From Macrostomum lignano (Eukaryota), in NCBI GenBank assembly GCA_002269645.1, contig NIVC01000095.1:62001-126000 (forward strand): a stretch of 64,000 nt of DNA. The letters are read 5' to 3'. The position numbers and the translations under genes are program-made. Each line of letters starts with the position of its first letter. The stretch's first letter is position 1. Shown here in pieces: positions 13,266 to 28,769 of the stretch. The notes beneath the pieces are model-generated. The model was not told the origin of the DNA and did not search any database. It was given only the letters and a program-made list of their open reading frames with translations.

Positions 13266-15905
13266 CTCGATCATAGCGCGAATTTTATTCCTCCTGTTTT
13301 ATCCTCTGATCTCAATCTGGCCCAGTGGCAGGCGGAGTTGTCCAAGCTGGATCTCCCGCCCGGTCGGATGGCTTTTATCCTTGATGGCGTTGCTAGTGGC
13401 TTTCGCATCACCAATCGTCAGATGCATGGCAACGAGCTGGTTGAAGTGGCAAACTACTCATCGGTTTTTAAGCACCATGACAGAGTTGCGCGTCAGATTG
13501 CTAATGAGCTTCGTCTCGGTCGTTATCGTCTCTGTGCTGCTGGTGACAAACCTCGCATAGTCAGCGCCCTTGGTGCGCTGCCGAAGTCCAACGGTGGCGT
13601 TCGCTTAATCCATGACTGCAGCCGGCCGCAAGGGAAGTCTGTCAACTCCGCTTACGAGAGCGAGCAGAGACTGCGTTTCACCTGTGTCCAGAACTTTGCT
13701 AAGAGGCTTAAGAAGAATTACTTTATGTGCAAGGTCGATCTAAGCGAAGCCTATCGTTCATGTGGGATCCATCCTGACGACCAAAAGTTTACCGGTTTGA
13801 AGTTTCGGCTAGGTAGCGATGCTTGCGACACCTACATGGTGGACACGCGCCTGCCATTTGGTGCTGCTGCTTCCGTCACGGCTTTCTATCATCTCAGCGA
13901 GGCGGTCAAGTTGATGATGGTGCACCGCGGCTTCGTCAATACTGAGGCCTATCTGGACGATTTTGCCTTTTGCGGTTTGCAAAACGAGTGCGAGGCCTTC
14001 TTTAATGTGTTGACGTCACTGATGACCAGACTGGGCTTCACCGTGAATTGGACGAAGTGTCAGCGGCCTTCGCAAAGGATGACGTTTCTAGGTGTGGAGC
14101 TCGACACCGTCAAGGGCCTGAAGCGGCTTTCAGACGAGAAAGTGGAGAAACTTTTAGAGCAACTGGACGATGCTGCTGCCAAGGATCGCATCAGCAAGCA
14201 AAGTTTACAGCAGATCATCGGCAGGCTGGTGTGGGCTTCGCAGGTGATCGAATGCGGTCGCCCCTTTCTTCAGGACCTGATTTCGCGCTCTAACAATTTG
14301 GCCGTCGGTCAGCAAGATGAGGTGGATGCGGCCCTGCGTAGTCAGCTGCGCTGGTGGAAGTGTGCTCTGCTAGCTCAAAGGTGGAAGACTCTCTGGTTCA
14401 ATGGCGACTTCGATGCCGCGATCGAGTCGGACGCCTGCCTGGTGGGCGGCGCTGCCGTGCTGCGGTTGCCGGGGGGCGTGAGTGACTGGCGCTACGTTAA
14501 TTGGGATCTCGACGCGGATGCTGTTTTTCGGGATCTGCCTATCAATTACAAGGAGGCTGCGATACCTCTGATGGCGTTGCTGTCGTGGCGGGACCGCCTG
14601 CACAACTGTCGGCTGTGCATCTACTGCGATAATATGGCAGCGTGCTGTATTATCAACAATGGGGTCTCCAAGTGCCCTCTGGTGTTGAGGCTGTTGCAGA
14701 CGGTGGCGCTGCTTTGTATTCGTCAGAACATTCAGCTGCGTGCTTACCATGTGCCAGGGCCGTTTCAAATTTTTGCTGACGCCGCGTCTCGGCTGCACGA
14801 GGGCAGTCAGTTGTTGAATTTTTTGCTGCGCTTTTATGGCTCATTGATGCGTCTCACCAATTGCTCGCTTTCCCGGCACACGCTTTTCTGCTGCCACATC
14901 CGCTTTTCTCCGTTTTCAGGTCGCCAGACTGAGCCAGACCACCTCAGCCATCGAGCCCGTGAACTACTCGGTTCCTCCTACGCGGCCCGCTCGAAAAGTG
15001 CCATCAGCTCACACGTGCGGTCCTGGCGCGCGTACTGCTCAGCCAAGGGACTCGACCCCGCCGGGTGTACTGTGTCCACGCTGCTAAACTACCTGGCTGG
15101 CCTCACGGGCACGCGCCTGCGAGCCTACAGTAGCGTTCGCGGTCACGTCAGCTCGCTTTCACTGTGGTTTCGGCTGAACGGCGCTCAGGACCTGACGAAG
15201 CACACCCTCACCCAGCATCTGCTGCGGGGCTGCAAGCGAGCGCTGGGGCTTCAGGTCAACCAGAAGCTACCAATGTCTCCGTCGGTGCTGCAAAAGCTTT
15301 GGTCTCTGGTTGACAAGGGCGACAATCGGCAACTGGCCTGCTGGGCGGTCACCATCACTGCCTGGTGGGGGATGCTGCGAAAATCATCACTCCTATCGTC
15401 GCCTCAGTTGGGTAGTGGGATGAAGGTGCAGAATCTGACACCTCACCGTTGCGGCCTCCTCTTAAGCGTGGACTTTGGCAAGACTATTCAGTTCCGAGAT
15501 CGAGTCCATCACGTCCTGCTTCCGAAGTTCCCCGCCTGCCCCGCGCTCTGCCCGGTAGTGGCGATTCACCGACATCTGTGTGTCAACAAGCTGGCGATGG
15601 CCGAGGCGCCACTCTGGTCCTTCATCGATCGCAATGGACAGCGGCGCCATCTAGCTGCTCGGGACTTGGACCGGTTTCTTGACTCTAAGCTGCAGAGGGC
15701 TGCGTGTGGCGGCAAGCTCTACTCGGCTCACAGCCTGCGTCGAGGTGGAGCCACCTGGGCAGCTCGCATGGGCCTGCCGGTGGCGGAGATCCAGCGGATC
15801 GGCGACTGGAAGAGTTCGGCGGTGGAGCGCTACTTGCCCCGCTCGGGTGTTGCCACTGCTGCGGCCTCTCTGCATTTTTCTTCCGCCCTTAGTGCTCTTT
15901 TTTGA
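13266..15905 (+). CDS. Ngaro RT-RNase H-tyrosine recombinase fused ORF, in frame with gag directly after its TGA
   Basis: RT: LIHDCS, KVDLSEAY, LPFG, YLDDF. RNase H: ESDA, INYKEA, YCDN, FADAASR. YR: GMLRKS, GKTIQF, HSLRRGGAT, GDWKSSAVERY. No stop between 13266 and 15902; first ATG at 13368. Confidence 0.9.
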   Translation, partial: LDHSANFIPPVLSSDLNLAQWQAELSKLDLPPGRMAFILDGVASGFRITNRQMHGNELVEVANYSSVFKHHDRVARQIANELRLGRYRLCAAGDKPRIVSALGALPKSNGGVRLIHDCSRPQGKSVNSAYESEQRLRFTCVQNFAKRLKKNYFMCKVDLSEAYRSCGIHPDDQKFTGLKFRLGSDACDTYMVDTRLPFGAAASVTAFYHLSEAVKLMMVHRGFVNTEAYLDDFAFCGLQNECEAFFNVLTSLMTRLGFTVNWTKCQRPSQRMTFLGVELDTVKGLKRLSDEKVEKLLEQLDDAAAKDRISKQSLQQIIGRLVWASQVIECGRPFLQDLISRSNNLAVGQQDEVDAALRSQLRWWKCALLAQRWKTLWFNGDFDAAIESDACLVGGAAVLRLPGGVSDWRYVNWDLDADAVFRDLPINYKEAAIPLMALLSWRDRLHNCRLCIYCDNMAACCIINNGVSKCPLVLRLLQTVALLCIRQNIQLRAYHVPGPFQIFADAASRLHEGSQLLNFLLRFYGSLMRLTNCSLSRHTLFCCHIRFSPFSGRQTEPDHLSHRARELLGSSYAARSKSAISSHVRSWRAYCSAKGLDPAGCTVSTLLNYLAGLTGTRLRAYSSVRGHVSSLSLWFRLNGAQDLTKHTLTQHLLRGCKRALGLQVNQKLPMSPSVLQKLWSLVDKGDNRQLACWAVTITAWWGMLRKSSLLSSPQLGSGMKVQNLTPHRCGLLLSVDFGKTIQFRDRVHHVLLPKFPACPALCPVVAIHRHLCVNKLAMAEAPLWSFIDRNGQRRHLAARDLDRFLDSKLQRAACGGKLYSAHSLRRGGATWAARMGLPVAEIQRIGDWKSSAVERYLPRSGVATAAASLHFSSALSALF

Positions 15906-15967
15906 CGGTGCTCTTCCCGCTGATTTGTTTTTAGCTGCTGCTCTTATCCCCCGTTGTGTTTGGCTTT

Positions 15968-16030
15968 GGAGGCCTGCTTCGTTTCTGTGCCAAGTTCGTG
16001 TTTTTGTTGCCTTTGTTGCTGGAAGCACTA
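15968..16030 (+). repeat. Ngaro repeat B1 (63 bp)
   Basis: Identical to 16272-16334. Confidence 0.95.
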
Positions 16031-16200
16031 ATGGACTGGGTGTGCGGCGAAAGTGCACAAACCGGCTTTAGTGCCCAGCGCGTTGATTGTACATCGCCGC
16101 CTGCCCCCCCCCCCTTGGGTGGCAGGGGTGTTTTTAAACCCCCGTCGCGCTCTACTGGCGGCTCACTTTGCCTTCTCGCAGTTCGCAGTGAATTTTTTTT
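16031..16200 (+). repeat. Ngaro repeat A2
   Basis: Near-identical to A1. Confidence 0.95.
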
Positions 16201-16271
16201 CTTTTTCGTGTTAAGTTTGCTTTAAGCCAAATATACTCGTAGATTGAAGTTCGAAACACTTTTTTATTGAC

Positions 16272-16334
16272 GGAGGCCTGCTTCGTTTCTGTGCCAAGTT
16301 CGTGTTTTTGTTGCCTTTGTTGCTGGAAGCACTA
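16272..16334 (+). repeat. Ngaro repeat B2 (63 bp)
   Basis: Identical to B1; marks the right end. Confidence 0.95.
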
Positions 16335-16459
16335 AAGGCCGTTAATTGCACGAGCAGAGCCAAGCCAATTCAGCCCCAAATTAATGTGACTGCACTTGGA
16401 ATCGAGCCTGGGTCGCTGGCACACCAGAGCAGCTGCGCTACCGCTGGGCTACGGCCCCC
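16335..16459 (-). mobile_element. 5' half (tRNA-like head) of the split SINE
   Basis: GGCCGTAGCCCAGCGGTAGCG (A-box-like)...GGCTCGATTCC (B-box-like); no complete cloverleaf. Confidence 0.6.
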
Positions 16460-17316
16460 TTTCAAGACAATCCGAGCCCTGAAGTCCCGCAGCTTGCCTA
16501 GCGGGGGTGTCACCTCAGCGTGGTTGATGGCAACTCCGTCGAGCTTTAAGTCCAAAGCATCGGTGCCCAGCAGTCCATGGTTCTTCTCGCACGCGGCCAC
16601 AGTAACCTCGATGCAGGCAACTCTGTCGCTGAGCTCTACTACAGCCAAGAAGCAACCGAGGGTCTTGATGACAGACCCATCGAACTGGCGAAGCTGCCTG
16701 GGACACCGCTTGAGCCGAGGTTCAGCCAAGGCTTTCCAAAAGTTCTTGGGGATGATGCTGGCGTCCGATCCAGAATCGAGCTGCATCGCTAGGAGCTTAC
16801 CGTCCAGCTTCACATTCTTGATGCTGCTCGTCTTGCTCTTATTCGTGCTGCTGACGGTGAAGACTGGGTTGCGAGCTAGGTTGCCTTCCGGTTCCTCAGT
16901 CTCGAGCTCGTGTGCCGACTTGTTCTGGGCGCTGCTTTTGCACACGGCTGCGAAGTGGTTGCGGCGTCCGCACTTCGCGCACGTCTTGCCGCAGGCTGGA
17001 CATCAGCCGCTTGGGTGCTTTTGGCCACAGAACTTGCACTGCTTTTTGGCACTTTGGTTCTTGTCTACGCTGGCGATGGCTGCTGGGGCTGGCTGCTCAG
17101 CTGGGGTGCTGGAGCTGGTCGACGACTGCTTGACCTGATCGGAGCTGCTGTACTGCTGGATGAGCTCCAGCTGTTGAACGTATTCGACGCAGGTATCCGG
17201 CGATCTTCATTGGAGTCCGTCAGCTTCTTGCTTCGACTGAGTGCGGCGAAACTCCTGAGCCATGCCTCAGTCATGGCTGGATCGTTTAGTGGCAGGTCAC
17301 TTGCTTGCGACGCCAT
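16460..17316 (-). pseudogene. Decayed Ty3/Gypsy gag-protease
   Basis: Zinc knuckles CKFCGQKH..*CPA and CAKCGRRNHFAAVC; aspartic protease LDSGSDASII; in-frame TGA, frameshift and apparent internal gag deletion. Confidence 0.85.
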
Positions 17317-17356
17317 TGTCGTGCCGTGCAGTTGGCACAAAGAAACTCAAGGTTTA

Positions 17357-17574
17357 TGTTAACTAGCAAGTAGCCTATTTAATAATGACACGAGCAGGGG
17401 CTGAGAGAACACCAAAATAGAGTCACGTGATGACAATAAACTACGCACAAGTGCATGGAAGCTTAGGGATATGGCCAGTCAGAGCGAAGGGAGAGGAAAG
17501 AATGGTGTGCTCGTACATAACTTAAGTTAGTTAGTCAGTGCCTAGAGCACAGCGCTACGGCACCACGGAATACA
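17357..17574 (-). repeat. Possible 5' LTR of the Gypsy remnant
   Basis: TG...CA-bounded segment just upstream of gag with ATTAAA near its 3' end; no second copy or clear PBS. Confidence 0.3.
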
Positions 17575-18219
17575 AAAGAGTAGAGTGAATGCAAAATATT
17601 AAGACAATTTTAAACTTTTGATTTTTAATGAGTAGTTTTTTGAACCGATAACAAGACTGAAATGACTGAATAGAGATGAGACTGGATTAGACCAGCCCCC
17701 CCCCCTTAAAATTAGCAATTTTTAACTGATGACAACTGGTACAGACCATACGAGCGTACAGTATAGAAAAAGTGTTGAAAAATAACGTCAGTTGAATATG
17801 AGAGATTGACTGCCGACACCGACTCCGAAGACGTGACGACGGTCCGAGTTGAATTGTGAATATGCCGAATTGATATTGTTTGAATTGGATGCAACAAACC
17901 AGCTCATTGAGTAAAAGCTTGGTATCGAAATGAAAGAAACTAAAATTGACATTTGACCCCTGCCTTGCCTGAATAAAATTGAACTCAAACAATTTCTCGA
18001 AATACCTGTGTTTGCTAAGCACAAAAATTTAATCTAAATAGGAGCGTACATGTATACGAGCGTAAATATATACATATGCAGCTTAACCAAATTCGATTAG
18101 CAAACTCGTTTTTCTATCTGAAACGCATTTGCTGACATTGCTTTTTTAAGATTTCCTGTCAGTGAGTTAATAGTGAAACTCGCTTTAACCTGGGGAAAAT
18201 CAATCCAGAGTTTTCGCCC

Positions 18220-18448
18220 TCTCCCTGCATCTCCCTCCCTGCATCTCCCTCCCTGCATCTCCCTTCCTGCATCTCCCTCCCTGCATCTCCCTCCCTGCAT
18301 CTCCCTCCCTGCATCTCCCTCCCTGCATCTCCCTTCCTGCATCTCCCTTCCTGCATCTCCCTCCCTGCATCTCCCTCCCTACATTTCACTCCCTGCATCT
18401 CTCTCCCTCCCTCCACATCCCTCCCTCCCTGCATCTCTCTCACTCTGC
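18220..18448. repeat. 14-bp minisatellite (CTCCCTCCCTGCAT)n
   Basis: Seen directly. Confidence 0.93.
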
Positions 18449-19290
18449 AACTCCTTCTTGTTACTTTTGCGATAACTAACAAATCATTTTAGTTAAATAT
18501 ATATAAACATTGACGAATTAAATGTTCGAACAGCTTATTTCAACTAAAAATTACTAGCACGAGCTAATTAATAATTGATTGTGTATTGCAAGCTAGAATT
18601 CCAAAAAATAATTGGTAGCTAAATAAACATGCTGAGTCACCCTGACCTAGACTGAGGTCTATACCTAGACTTCATTCAAATTGAAGTCACGTTCTTGACC
18701 TTGCGGAATTAGCTTGGGCTTGCTTAGCCTCAACTTTCCCAAATTCACAAGCAGCCGCAAGAAGGTTTCAATCAATTTTTTGAAGCTGAAAAATTGTCAA
18801 AACATTGTTTTTTTCCTTTCGGTGCAAACCCGTCATGTTTGACCCTGGGGTGCCAGATCGCGGTCCTGAAAGTGAATGTCGAGTTAATTAAAAACTATGT
18901 GTTCTGCAGAAAGACTATAGACCAGCTAGTGGTGGCATGAACCACTGTAAAAGCATCGTGGAATGGAAACCAGAAAAAGAAACCAGTCAATCATTATCAG
19001 ACATGAAAAATTATAAAAACTTTTTTTCAGAAATAAACCTTTGTTTTCGATTCTAAAAAAGCGTAGCATCAAAGCTTAGGGCTTCAAGTCCAAGTGTGTG
19101 TTTTGATAGTGGTCCATGCTTTTAGTGGTCCATGATTTATTGGACGAAATCGGCATAGCCAATAGGGTGAACTCAGTTTCCTGTCAATTCCTTGGCGTAC
19201 CTGGAACCTATATGGCGATAATTATTCTAGCTGGTAGAAGTGAATACTCAGTGCTCGAAATTTCGTAAAAAATCAAGACACAAAGCAGAG

Positions 19291-20718
19291 ATGCCGATCG
19301 TCATTAGAAAAAATACTAAATGGCTCATCCTGCTTATAACAGTTCAGCTGTACTCACAGGTAAACGGCAGTATCCCAGACTGTCCGGATAATTCAGTACG
19401 TCTGCTCACAGAAACAGTTGGAGGTCGACAAATTAGTCAGCTAATTGCTTTAATGCAACTGCCGATGGCTACGGAGTGCGAGTGGGTCTTGTTGGTTGAT
19501 GGTAAAAGCGTGGTTAGCGCCGGTGGCGGCAACATCAAAGGAAGCAAAATTTATAATCAGTTGTGCGGAGAGGCTGATAAAGCCGACGTTAGTGGCGGCA
19601 AGAACAAAGGTAGCGGAGAAAGCGTTGAAGGTGGAGACGTTAAAAGAGATGGTGGCGATATCAAAATAAATGACGGCAAGATTAAAAGAGATGGCGGCAA
19701 GTTCAAAAGAGACGGCGGCAAGTTCAAAACAGACGGCGGCGAAATCAAAGGAGACGACAGCGACATCAAAGGAGATGGCGGCCACATCAAAAGAGACGAC
19801 GGCAAAATCAAAATAAAGGGCGGCAAGATCAAAAGAGACGGCGGCAAGTTCAAAACAGACAACGGCGAAATCAAAGGAGACGGCGGCGACATCAAAGGAG
19901 ATGGCGGCCACATCAAAAGAAACGATGGCGACATCAAAATAAACGGTGGCAAGATCAAAAGAGATGGCGGCAAGTTCAAAAGAGACGGCGGCGACATCAA
20001 AGGAGACGGCGGTGACATCAAAAGAGACGGCGACGATATCAAAAGAAACGACAGTGACATCGAGAGAGACGGCAGCGACACTTCTAACAACGAGCTTTGT
20101 GGCAGTCGCGGCATTATCAAAGGTAGAAGAAGGTCAATCAATGCTGACACGTTCGATAGCAGCAGTTCAGGTAAGCTGACCTACGTAACCCGGCGCGACC
20201 AGGAAGGCAGGTGCCACGAGGTCAGCATCGAGCTGACCCAATCAGATAGCGGCCGCGACGGTGGCGGTAGATGGACTCGCCGTCAGCTGAAGTTCCCGGC
20301 CTTGTCAGATCTGATGCCTCGCCTAGTTGGAATTTGTCGCTACCATCTGGGCATTGATTGTCGGCAGCACCTGGTTTCTAAGTGGGATTCCCGACTGGCT
20401 TGTCCCTACACAGGCAGATCCCCTGTCAATAATAATTGTCGGCGACATCAAAGACAATTATCTGCTTTGCATCCAGCTGGAAGGTTTGGTTGTCGACAAG
20501 TTGTAGGACCAGATTGTCGAGTCTACCTGGCTGATCGGCGAGACTCTGGACTGCCTTGTCAAGATGCCGTGCTGCAAACCCAGCAACGCGAATTAAACAA
20601 AAATAATGCATCAGAAAGTTTGTCCTCATCTTCTGATGCTACTGTTAGTAGCACAGTGGGTGCATTAGTTGCTTGTAGTGTTTTGTACAAATCATTCATA
20701 TTGTTGGATTTGATGTGA
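19291..20718 (+). CDS. Uncharacterised secreted, probably GPI-anchored Cys-rich protein with 21 xIKxDGG heptad repeats (475 aa from ATG 19291)
   Basis: Signal-peptide-like WLILLITVQLYSQVNG; 21-bp coding repeat 19636-20076 varying codon-wise without breaking frame; 12 Cys in the flanking domains; Ser-rich then hydrophobic C-terminus. Confidence 0.75.
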   Translation: MPIVIRKNTKWLILLITVQLYSQVNGSIPDCPDNSVRLLTETVGGRQISQLIALMQLPMATECEWVLLVDGKSVVSAGGGNIKGSKIYNQLCGEADKADVSGGKNKGSGESVEGGDVKRDGGDIKINDGKIKRDGGKFKRDGGKFKTDGGEIKGDDSDIKGDGGHIKRDDGKIKIKGGKIKRDGGKFKTDNGEIKGDGGDIKGDGGHIKRNDGDIKINGGKIKRDGGKFKRDGGDIKGDGGDIKRDGDDIKRNDSDIERDGSDTSNNELCGSRGIIKGRRRSINADTFDSSSSGKLTYVTRRDQEGRCHEVSIELTQSDSGRDGGGRWTRRQLKFPALSDLMPRLVGICRYHLGIDCRQHLVSKWDSRLACPYTGRSPVNNNCRRHQRQLSALHPAGRFGCRQVVGPDCRVYLADRRDSGLPCQDAVLQTQQRELNKNNASESLSSSSDATVSSTVGALVACSVLYKSFILLDLM

Positions 20719-21255
20719 GCTTGTGAAGGTTGCTGCTGTTTTACGATTATATCGCTTACACTTTTTGAATGAAGTTTTAATTAAAAGTTCATTTTAATAA
20801 CAATTTTCATAATATTCTTCGAATCACTGATGGTCAAATTTACTTGTAAGTGAATTATAATAATCACTACATGATCAATAATTTAAACTGACCAAGTTCT
20901 AGTTTTTTATCTCGATTATTCGAATTTCTATTTAACTGCACTCGGATTATTCCAGCAAAATGTATTGTAATTAATATACATTCAAATATAGCTAACTTAG
21001 CGTAATCTAATTCTATTAAATTACATTTAATAAATAATGTAAATATCTAATTTAATATGTAATCTTTAAATAATCTAATATGTTATAAAGCAGCTTAATC
21101 TAATGAGATTTAATATAATATCTAACGAATCTAAACTATAAGCATATAGCTGCTCTAGCTATTTAGCTCAATCTTTGGATCTGATCCTACTTATCAAGTC
21201 CAACAAGCATATAACCTCGCATCTTCTTTTAATATAATTTTCAATATGTAATACT

Positions 21256-21430
21256 TTACTCCTGGCGTCGCCGGCGCAGGGTAACGCTCAGATGTGGAAT
21301 GCCGGTGCGGACCATCAGATCTCTCTGGTCGGCAACTTCTCGGGGTAGTGCACGCTCTTGGCGTAGCGCAGCAGCAGGGACCTGTGGAGCGCGTCCAGGG
21401 CTCTCTCGTGCGTCGGTCATCGGCACACGG
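21256..21430 (-). pseudogene. Degenerate non-LTR retrotransposon (LINE) fragment, post-RT region
   Basis: Across frameshifts reads ..ERALDALHRSLLLRYAKSVHYPEKLPTREI..RTGIPHLSVTLRRRR, like the region after RT in RTE/L2-type ORF2. Confidence 0.45.
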
Positions 21431-22562
21431 CGCGATGGCTCCTCCATTGGGCAGCGCAAGTGCCGGGGCGGTGTCAGTGCCTACGTGCATCTCCCACTGT
21501 CTTGCGCGCGCTTGACCACTAGTTCATCAGTTCATCTGCACTCGTCTCTGTTTTCTCTGTTTTCTCTCCCTCTCCTTGTTTAATCTTGTTCTTCTTATCT
21601 CTCTCCCTCCCTGACTTTTGATTGGCTCGTAAATTTCACCTCTTTTCTTAGTCGCGTATTCACCCCTCTTGCGCACAACCCCCCCTCCCCCCTTTACCAT
21701 CAGGGTCCTGCGCCCCACTTAACTGTTCAATGTAAGTCTAAATTTAAATAGTTTGCTTATTTTCTTTAATTGCTATTTAGCTAGCAAATTAAAGTAACTC
21801 CCTAACTATAGCTACCAAAAATATTAATCTTTTGAGTTGAAGGCTTTTAAAACCGGTATTAGCCACTTGTATGTATTCAATTAAGCAGCAACCTGAATTC
21901 ATAGCTACTACTTGTAGCTGCTAACAAAAAGTAGGCAAATGCGCAAAAGTAATTATAAAAATATCAACAGTAACCAATGATAGTTTTGACAGCAGTATCT
22001 GCAAAAACCAATGGCAAAATTTAATGTATATATTTCTTATTGAAATTGAGTCTTATTATAAAATATATCAATATATAATATATAAAAATGTACTTCTTTA
22101 GAGCTAAACATCGATTCATATACAAAAAGGCGGCTAAGGATTTTTATGGATGATAAAACTTTTTCGGAAGAATTTTTGTTGTAATTCTACTATAATTTAG
22201 GCGTAAATATGAGTACTTCCAATAATACGAGTAAACTAATTAACAGGAGAATATATAGTCATTTCTAAAACAGAGTTTATCCATTAAATTAAATATTAAT
22301 ACACGTTATGTTAAGTGAGCAGGCAGCAAAAATGTTAAAGTAGGAACATGCATGTATTTATGTGGCTATATGCAAGTTGCCTTGGGGTATGAAAGAGTAA
22401 GGGCTTCGGGAATGTGCTGCGTTGCTGCGAATACATTGTTTAAAATACGCGCTTGATTATAGGGCAAAATAAACTTACAGTGAAAAGTTTTAGAAGCTAC
22501 ACGCGTTTCAGAAACTGGATTTTTGGTCAAATAATTCGACTGTAATTTATGTCAGTTGACCA

Positions 22563-22569
22563 GTCAGTG

Positions 22570-22603
<34 letters not shown>

Positions 22604-22662
22604 CCAATCAATCAACCAATCAATCAATCAATAAATCAACCAATCAATCAATCAATCAATCA
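22563..22662. repeat. (CAAT)n microsatellite
   Basis: Seen directly. Confidence 0.95.
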
Positions 22663-22725
22663 AAACGCCTCGATAAGCGACGATAATACTAAAAAATTAA
22701 ATCTGCCAGCTGCCACCGAGACCCC

Positions 22726-27858
<5,133 letters not shown>

Positions 27859-28769
27859 GCTGTGGTTGTTTTGAAATTATATTATAACAAAAACTAATAA
27901 ACTATAGATTTGCTATTAGAATTAACGTCTGAACTCTCTCGCGGTTTCGGCTCTCTGTCACCCATTATATAGTATAGTTTATAGTCTACTAGGGGCAGAG
28001 AGCAGGAGCAGACTGAGCTTCGTGTGGGAAGGGCGGAGGAGAGGGGGGAGGGCGCAGAGAAGGCAGCGGAGAGGGAGCTGCAGGAGCAGTACCTCAGAGC
28101 TTACCTAGCCTCCTTCCCAAGCAAGAACCCCCACACCCGGCCGCCCCAGTGCGTGGCCACTAGCCAAAAAAGCAATCCCTTAGTCTGAGCATAGGACCAG
28201 TGTACATTAAGAGAGAAACTATAAATGCATGAAGTTGTGCCAAAATTGCCAGCAACATCCTGAGCAGACTTTGTACGTACACATAGCGCATTGGCTGGCT
28301 AACTGATTATACTGAACTTGATCAATCATTTTTCGGTTTATTTCTGGCTTCGCTTCAATATTTGCTTGCAGTGCTTGCGTAGAATAGGAAGAATACCAGT
28401 ATAATATGCAGACACTGGTGGTGCATAGCTATACTACACCAAATCAATAGACTCAGGCTAATTAAGAGACTTGCATAGGATTAAATTTGCTAACGTTAAC
28501 AACAATCCACGGTCGCTTCCTGAAAGCTACGCAGTTGTCAGATAAGAAAAACCTTGCTTTTTTTTCAAATTGCGTGGGCGAGAGGTATCCTGAGGCCTGG
28601 TTGGTGAAAAAGATGAATACCTACAATTAATTTAATTAACAAGCAGATCTGACATGCAGATGAAGTTTTCGGTGGTTGGCAGAGAGCATAGAAGTGGGAT
28701 GAGATGTAGGGATTAAGGGTGGGAAAATGGAAGAGACAGAAAAAAAGACAGGGAGAAATGGATGTGAAG

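Larger units (their letters stand above)
12016..16334 (+). mobile_element. Ngaro-type DIRS (tyrosine-recombinase) retrotransposon, structurally complete, split direct repeats A1-ORFs-B1-A2-B2
   Basis: A1 ~12016-12174 = A2 ~16031-16200; B1 15968-16030 = B2 16272-16334; gag, RT, RNase H and YR motifs; no methyltransferase domain seen; no TSD. Confidence 0.93.

Noticed and set aside
14048-16225. Alternative-frame and antisense ORFs within the Ngaro element as extra genes
   Set aside because: Expected by-products of GC-rich coding DNA; no motifs.
17687-18024. Short ORFs on both strands as a gene or transposase remnant
   Set aside because: No recognisable motif, coding bias or splice structure.
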